The notes beneath the pieces were generated by a model that did not search any database, was not told the origin of the DNA, and saw only the letters and a program-made list of their open reading frames with translations. A program made the translations under genes and the position numbers. 64,000 nucleotides of DNA from assembly GCA_903843045.1 (NCBI GenBank), contig CAIMOJ010000046.1, positions 650 through 64,649 of the forward strand, in the 5' to 3' direction. The stretch is from Candidatus Uhrbacteria bacterium (GTDB lineage: Bacteria; Patescibacteriota; Patescibacteriia; UBA9934; GWF2-40-263). Below, in pieces: positions 58,923 to 64,000 of the stretch (position 1 is the first letter of the stretch; every line of letters begins with the position of its first letter).

Positions 58923-59480
58923 TCAGATGAATTGTAAAATCGTTGGCAAATCCGTCGTTCCGTCGTCGCCGCTGAAATGCCCTTTCGCGTGCTCGACGAT
59001 CGTTTTCGCGCCGAAGCGGTTGCGGACGATTTCCTCGCTGGTCAGGAGGATATATGGGTCGTCGTCGGAGAAGATGCCGACGATCTTGTCCGCGAATCGG
59101 CGGATCTTGGCATCGACGAACGGTCGGTCGAGCCAGGGGCGGGCGACGAGTTCTTCCATGAGATCCATGTTCTCGATCGTGTTCACGACCGGGGCGACGA
59201 GGATGACCTTGCCGATCGTCGACCCTTCCGGGAGCCGCTCGAGAAACCGCAGCGCCGCAAGTCCGCCCATGCTGTGGCCGACGACGACGGTCTCCGCGTC
59301 CGACGTGCCTACGAGCGATTCGAGGAACGGAACCCATGTTTCGAACGACGGCTCGGACGGATTCGGCATGAGAGGCGACTCGACGGCGTAGCCGCGGGAT
59401 TCGAGCTCGGCTTTCAGCCACGGAAAGAATCCGTGCGATGGGTTGCCGTTCCAGCCGTGGATGAGAAAGGCTCGCTTCAT
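58923..59480 (-). CDS. RBBP9/YdeN alpha/beta hydrolase
   Basis: IHGW, GHSMG, SDDDPY and GHF motifs. Confidence 0.9.
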   Translation of the reverse strand: MKRAFLIHGWNGNPSHGFFPWLKAELESRGYAVESPLMPNPSEPSFETWVPFLESLVGTSDAETVVVGHSMGGLAALRFLERLPEGSTIGKVILVAPVVNTIENMDLMEELVARPWLDRPFVDAKIRRFADKIVGIFSDDDPYILLTSEEIVRNRFGAKTIVEHAKGHFSGDDGTTDLPTILQFI

Positions 59481-60412
59481 AGGTTGAATCGAAATGTCGA
59501 AACCATGTCGGAAAGCTCGGTGCGCGCCGTCGCCTGGCTGGCGTTCATGGCGCTTTCGTCGATGTCCGTGAAATCGCTGGCGTAATGGAGCGTCGTGGCG
59601 ATCTCCCAGCAGGTCCCGCTGAGATACGTCCGGTAGACCGTTTGCTCGTACCGGTTTCCCGCTCCCGCGTCGGTCGTCGAGGCAATTTTGAACGTTGTCG
59701 CCCCTATCGTCTGCTGGTCGGCAAAAGTCAGGTATACGCCACCGACCGGCGCGTAGCACGCCGTCTCGTCGATCGCCTGCGAACTGACGACAAACCAGGA
59801 ATCCTGGGAGTAGTTCATTGGGTGATAGCTTGCCTCGCTCGTCTTGTACGCAACGGCAACGGATTCCGTGGAAAGACGGCCATATGGCTCCTGCGCATCC
59901 GTCACGGCCATGCCGGGCGCAAAATGAAAGTCGAAGCGACCTTGCGGATCGGAATAGGTTTCCCAATCGACCCAGGTCATTTCTTGGCGGGTCACGACGG
60001 GCGGCTTCGATTCGCGGGCCTGCTCCGACTTGAAGTTATAGTACGCGACACCGAACGAGATCCCAAAGGTGACGACGATGGCAACGGCGATTGAGACGAA
60101 CCAGGCGATCTTCGTCTTCCGAAGCGCGAAGCCTACCAGCGCACCGAGCAGGACGTGAGAGAGGATTCCGACGGAATTCGCGATGATCGTCGTCGGGATG
60201 ACGCCGAGCGAACCAAGGAGCGTGCCGACCGCCGGAAGTACGACGAGCGGCAGGGTCGTCAGCGGGTACATGAACAGCGGCGAGAAGCTGAACGACTCCC
60301 AGCAGCTATTTGCATCGGCGACGCAGCCCCAGAGGAATAGAAGCCAGATCAGGAGATCAACGGCGAGAAACGAGAGAATCCACTGGCGAATGGACGGGTT
60401 GATCTTGATCAT
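59477..60412 (-). CDS. Hypothetical membrane protein with extracytoplasmic C-terminal domain
   Basis: Four N-terminal TM segments; WETY and GAGNRY motifs. Confidence 0.65.
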   Translation of the reverse strand: MIKINPSIRQWILSFLAVDLLIWLLFLWGCVADANSCWESFSFSPLFMYPLTTLPLVVLPAVGTLLGSLGVIPTTIIANSVGILSHVLLGALVGFALRKTKIAWFVSIAVAIVVTFGISFGVAYYNFKSEQARESKPPVVTRQEMTWVDWETYSDPQGRFDFHFAPGMAVTDAQEPYGRLSTESVAVAYKTSEASYHPMNYSQDSWFVVSSQAIDETACYAPVGGVYLTFADQQTIGATTFKIASTTDAGAGNRYEQTVYRTYLSGTCWEIATTLHYASDFTDIDESAMNASQATARTELSDMVSTFRFNL

Positions 60413-60414
60413 AC

Positions 60415-61458
60415 TTATTTCTGATACGCGAACGTTTTTCGCTGCACGCTCACCTTGTGGTCCGGTCCTCCGAAATATTCCTCGATTTCCTCAAGCGCGT
60501 TGCCATGCGCGTCGGACACCGTTGTCGTGCGTCGCATCAGGGTGCCTCCGAACGTCCAGGTGCGAACCGACCGCTTCCCGTCGGCCGACGAGGCGAAGGC
60601 GTTTACCCCGAACGGCTCTTCCTGGCCGACATATCCGACGAGGATTTCCGAGGCATTTCCGTCCTCACCGTACGCGTATGCCTCCCAGCGTCCCGGCGAA
60701 AGATTCACCTTCGCTGCGTTCGCGTCGTACGTTTCCGTCGTTCGCGCGACACGGCCATTCGCGTCGTACGACGTCGCGTGCTCGGTGACCGTCGGCTTGC
60801 CCCAGTTGTCGCCGCTCACGACTTCGAGGACTTTTCTGCCGTTCGCGTCATACGTGTACTCGGACATCGTCGTCCCGCTCGCGTCTCCGACGGAAACGGC
60901 CACGGAGGGAACCGTCTCGTCGCCTTGGTATTCAAAGTCCCTCGTCCATCCGGACTCATACGCCTCCGTGTCCGACGCGCGCATTCTCTTCCAGGCGAAT
61001 ACCTGCCGAACCAGCCGTCCCTTCTCATCGTAAGAATAGGAACGCTTCGCCCGGAATGCCTGGTCCTGTCTGGAAAGGAACCCGCGTTCCTTGTTGGGCT
61101 CATACGTTGTCGTTTGTTCCAAGACATGCCCGGCATCGTCGTACGCGTACCGGTCGACCGAGGTCCGATGCGAAAGCGGGGACTTCCCTGCCTCCCTCTG
61201 CAGTTTCTCATCCAAACCGGGCGCGACTTCGGATGACCTCCGTTCCGTGAGAACCCTCCCGCGACCGTCGTATTCAAACCGCACGATTCCCTGCGTCAGA
61301 TCCGGCCTTCCGTCGCGAATCGTGTGCGTGCACGTTTCCATGACCCGTCGGCTTTCACCGCGTTCTCGCGAATCCCCCGAAAAGCTAACCGATTCGTCCT
61401 GATTCCCCGTGCGTCGTTCGGACATATCCCTGATTCTTCGTTGGTTATAATTCCCCAA
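60415..61458 (-). CDS. YD/RHS-like repeat protein
   Basis: Repeats FEYDGRGR, YAYDDAGH, YSYDEKGR, YTYDANGR, SYDANGR; start uncertain. Confidence 0.7.
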   Translation of the reverse strand: MGNYNQRRIRDMSERRTGNQDESVSFSGDSRERGESRRVMETCTHTIRDGRPDLTQGIVRFEYDGRGRVLTERRSSEVAPGLDEKLQREAGKSPLSHRTSVDRYAYDDAGHVLEQTTTYEPNKERGFLSRQDQAFRAKRSYSYDEKGRLVRQVFAWKRMRASDTEAYESGWTRDFEYQGDETVPSVAVSVGDASGTTMSEYTYDANGRKVLEVVSGDNWGKPTVTEHATSYDANGRVARTTETYDANAAKVNLSPGRWEAYAYGEDGNASEILVGYVGQEEPFGVNAFASSADGKRSVRTWTFGGTLMRRTTTVSDAHGNALEEIEEYFGGPDHKVSVQRKTFAYQK

Positions 61459-61469
61459 TACTCTATCAC

Positions 61470-61502
61470 AAAACCGCCCCGACGTGCGTCGAAGCGGTTT
61501 TG
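61470..61502 (-). terminator. Terminator-like hairpin
   Basis: aaaaccgc..gcggtttt with inner cgacg/cgtcg. Confidence 0.55.
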
Positions 61503-61510
61503 GCTGTCTC

Positions 61511-62569
61511 TTATCGCATCGTCCGGTGCGGCGCGCTGAAGGTGAACTCGTCCTTGTCGCTCTGAGAATACACGTGGATGAGCGAAACCCAGTTGGAGCC
61601 GTACATGCGCTTGGCGGTGTACTCGTCCGGAATCAGGCGGAGATACTCGTTATTATCGAGCGTGTACACCCCCGGCTGGTTGTAGAACTGGACGAGGAAG
61701 CTGGCGCGCGAGTACGTCCAGGTTCCGACGACGTCGTAGGCGTCGAGGCGGGAGCACGAGATCGTGCGCACGTCGTCGAAGTCGTTGCCCCAGGCGTAAA
61801 ACGTTTCCTCGTTCGGGAACAGCTTGAGGTCGTTGCCGCTCGTCACCGAGTAGACCGACGCGCGGCCCGAGCACTTCAGAAGCGTGCCGGTCGCGTAGTC
61901 GTAGTCGGGATAATCGTCGTAGCGAACGTGGAACGAGTCGTTGATGTCGCCGACCGCGTCGCGATACGCCTCAATGACGTCGCTCGCGTCGCCGAGATCG
62001 TTCACGATGAACAGGCCCGGGTCGTAGAACCACGCGGAGCGTCCGTCGTCCGTCACGCCGTTGCGCGAGGCCTGCTTCAGGAAGAGGCGCATCGAGTCCG
62101 TATCGTCGGAAATCTGCTGGATGCCATAGGCTACCTTCCAGCCGGTGCCGGCCGAAGCGTGCTGTCGCATCGTCGAATCCGTCACGTACTCGTTGATTCC
62201 GCCGTCCTCGTCCAGGTCGTACGCGTAGAGGTACGGAAGCCCGGCGATGTTCTCGTTGCCGTTCGACAGCGGAGAACGCGGGTCCTCGGCGCGGGTGAAC
62301 GAGATGAACAGCGCGTACTCGCCCTCGTGGCGGGACGGGATCGAGACGTCCTCGTAGACGTACCCGTCGTGGCTGCCGTTCGAGGTCAGCTCAACGCGGC
62401 CGTCGCCCTTCACGTCGGCGTTGCCGTACTCCGTCCAGTCGGACGTGACCGGCGCGTAGTTCTTCTCGTTCGTATCGATGTCCGAACGGGTCGACGCCTG
62501 GGCCGTCGGGACGATCCCGGCGAGCAGGAAAACAAGGCTAAATGCGGAGACAATTTTTTGTGCAGTCAT
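61511..62569 (-). CDS. Secreted protein with C-terminal repeats resembling those of 17735-19144
   Basis: Signal peptide; ATGTLLK..SVY..FPNEETFYAWG repeat. Confidence 0.7.
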   Translation of the reverse strand: MTAQKIVSAFSLVFLLAGIVPTAQASTRSDIDTNEKNYAPVTSDWTEYGNADVKGDGRVELTSNGSHDGYVYEDVSIPSRHEGEYALFISFTRAEDPRSPLSNGNENIAGLPYLYAYDLDEDGGINEYVTDSTMRQHASAGTGWKVAYGIQQISDDTDSMRLFLKQASRNGVTDDGRSAWFYDPGLFIVNDLGDASDVIEAYRDAVGDINDSFHVRYDDYPDYDYATGTLLKCSGRASVYSVTSGNDLKLFPNEETFYAWGNDFDDVRTISCSRLDAYDVVGTWTYSRASFLVQFYNQPGVYTLDNNEYLRLIPDEYTAKRMYGSNWVSLIHVYSQSDKDEFTFSAPHRTMR

Positions 62570-62634
62570 ATATTATGATGATTGGCTCAAAATACTGCCC
62601 GATTCAACGTGTTTTGTCAATGATCATTACACGA

Positions 62635-63048
62635 TTAGGCGATTTTTCCCAGATCGCCAAAGATAACCGTCGGATTCACCGCCTCCAGCTCCGTTCGCAA
62701 GTATGCGTTTTCTGGCATCGGGTTCAGCAGGAAAATTCTCTGTCCGAGCACGTGCGCGAACCCGATCTCCCAAAAGGTATTCGCCCCGATGTAATTCTCC
62801 ACTCCGTTCTTCTCCACGTTCGTAACCAGCACCGCGTCCCCGCCCTGCATCAAGTTCCAAAACTCACGGACCGCGTCCATTGTCATCTTCTGGTCAATCT
62901 TAATCCGTTCCTTCTCCTCGTCGGACTTCCCAACGAACGGAGCCGCCAGCGCCGTAAGATACGCGTCATGCCCGAGACCGATCAGACGGTCGCGAAGGTC
63001 GATCATGACCTCCGTCTTCTGCATGCTCCCGATGATCCCGATGCGCAT
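62635..63048 (-). CDS. Hypothetical protein, nucleoside 2-deoxyribosyltransferase-like fold
   Basis: IIGSM, DAVLVTN and YIGANTFWEIGFA motifs. Confidence 0.65.
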   Translation of the reverse strand: MRIGIIGSMQKTEVMIDLRDRLIGLGHDAYLTALAAPFVGKSDEEKERIKIDQKMTMDAVREFWNLMQGGDAVLVTNVEKNGVENYIGANTFWEIGFAHVLGQRIFLLNPMPENAYLRTELEAVNPTVIFGDLGKIA

Positions 63049-63054
63049 AGAATC

Positions 63055-63666
63055 TCAACTACGAATTATTTTGTCGACGATCCTCCCCGTTTGGTCGAAA
63101 CGATACACGTACACCTCGCCGGTCGCGATCTCAAGCGACGTGATATCGGCATCGGCGATCTCGTCCAAATGCTTCACAAGCGCGCGGAGCGTGTTCCCGT
63201 GCGAAACGACCACCGTATTGATTCCGGAAGCCAGATCGGGACGGATGACTTCCTCAAAGTACGGCACGACGCGAGCATGGACGTCCTTCAGGGACTCGCC
63301 GCCGGGAATGGGATGGTCCCAGCTTCGTCGAAGCAGTTCAAACCGCTCGACGCCATACGCGTCGCGCACCTCCCACTTGTTCTTGCCGGTCAGCTCCCCG
63401 TAATCCCGCTCGTCGAGCGCCCCGTGCTCGTGCGTCGGCAGATGAGCCGTCCCGTGACACGCCTTGATCTCGTCCAGTGTATGCCGCGCCCGAACGAGCG
63501 TCGAGCACCGAAACGCATGAATCTCGATGTCCCGTACCAACTCCCCGGCCCGCCGCGCCTGCTCCCTCCCGCGCCCCGTAATCCCGACGTCCGTCCGACC
63601 CGTCCAAAGCCCAAGCGCATTGTAATCGGATTCGCCGTGTCGAATGAGGATGAGGTACGAATGCAT
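63055..63666 (-). CDS. gpmA: 2,3-bisphosphoglycerate-dependent phosphoglycerate mutase
   Basis: RHGES..N..TG..DV, ERDYGELTG.NK, RRSW, GESLKD and HGNTLRAL motifs. Confidence 0.93.
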   Translation of the reverse strand: MHSYLILIRHGESDYNALGLWTGRTDVGITGRGREQARRAGELVRDIEIHAFRCSTLVRARHTLDEIKACHGTAHLPTHEHGALDERDYGELTGKNKWEVRDAYGVERFELLRRSWDHPIPGGESLKDVHARVVPYFEEVIRPDLASGINTVVVSHGNTLRALVKHLDEIADADITSLEIATGEVYVYRFDQTGRIVDKIIRS

Positions 63667-63692
63667 ATGGCCAAGCGGTCTTAGGATGATCC

Positions 63693-64000
63693 TTATGCCA
63701 ACTTCCACCGAATGATGAGCAGATGGCTGTCTTCCAGCGCCTCGCACTCATGGGCGCCCGTGTCGTACGCCAAATATTGTCCGGGCGTGGAAAGGATAAT
63801 TTCCCGGTTTTCCTCAGGAATCCAAGTCCTCCACGAACCGGAAATTAGGATCATGACGGTGCGAATGTCCGATGAAAGGTCCATCCCGGCCGTTTTCTTG
63901 AGACCCTTCGGATGCTTCGCCCACTTTACTTCGCAGGACTCTGAATGAAGCAGCGACGACTCAGGGATAAAACTTCCAACGATCCAGCTTCGCGTCGCCG
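63693..64000 (-). CDS. Partial cupin-like protein, 5' end outside the window
   Basis: Frame open to the edge: SWIVGSFIP..EVKWAKHPKG..ILISG..AHECEALEDSHLLIIRW. Confidence 0.6.
   Translation of the reverse strand, partial: ATRSWIVGSFIPESSLLHSESCEVKWAKHPKGLKKTAGMDLSSDIRTVMILISGSWRTWIPEENREIILSTPGQYLAYDTGAHECEALEDSHLLIIRWKLA

Overview
High-GC (code 11) chromosomal window. Gene content and style (GAGC-type lipoprotein, truncated AlaRS and RpoA, VirD4-like ATPase pair, few Shine-Dalgarno sites) suggest a Patescibacteria/CPR genome, possibly ABY1/Uhrbacteria-like; this is inference. Most of it is housekeeping: mreD-mrdA, greA-lysS, alr, pgi, gltX, CIRCE-controlled clpB, priA-def-fmt, a glycan cluster, the infA-to-rpsI ribosomal operon, alaS, murJ, rlmD-era, mnmA, secDF and nucleotide-sanitising genes. 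Two signals stand out. (1) At least two families of short palindromic DNA elements sit IN FRAME inside conserved genes, adding the peptides LPSPLKGEGQGEVY (priA twice, fmt, and the rlmD end, where the element supplies the stop codon) and LLPTxSVGS (three unrelated genes). One element carries a third palindrome nested inside it. No mobilising enzyme is encoded in the window. (2) A free-standing, highly structured region of about 330 nt (9955-10285) lies between convergent genes, with a -10 box, a terminator-like end, a long-range pseudoknot and loop-loop complementarity. It lacks tmRNA, RNase P and SRP hallmarks and is a candidate novel ncRNA. Also notable: helicase-dead PriA, RpoA without its CTD, SecD with inserted parvulin domains, and apparently frequent leaderless transcription. 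All calls are by eye; no searches were run.
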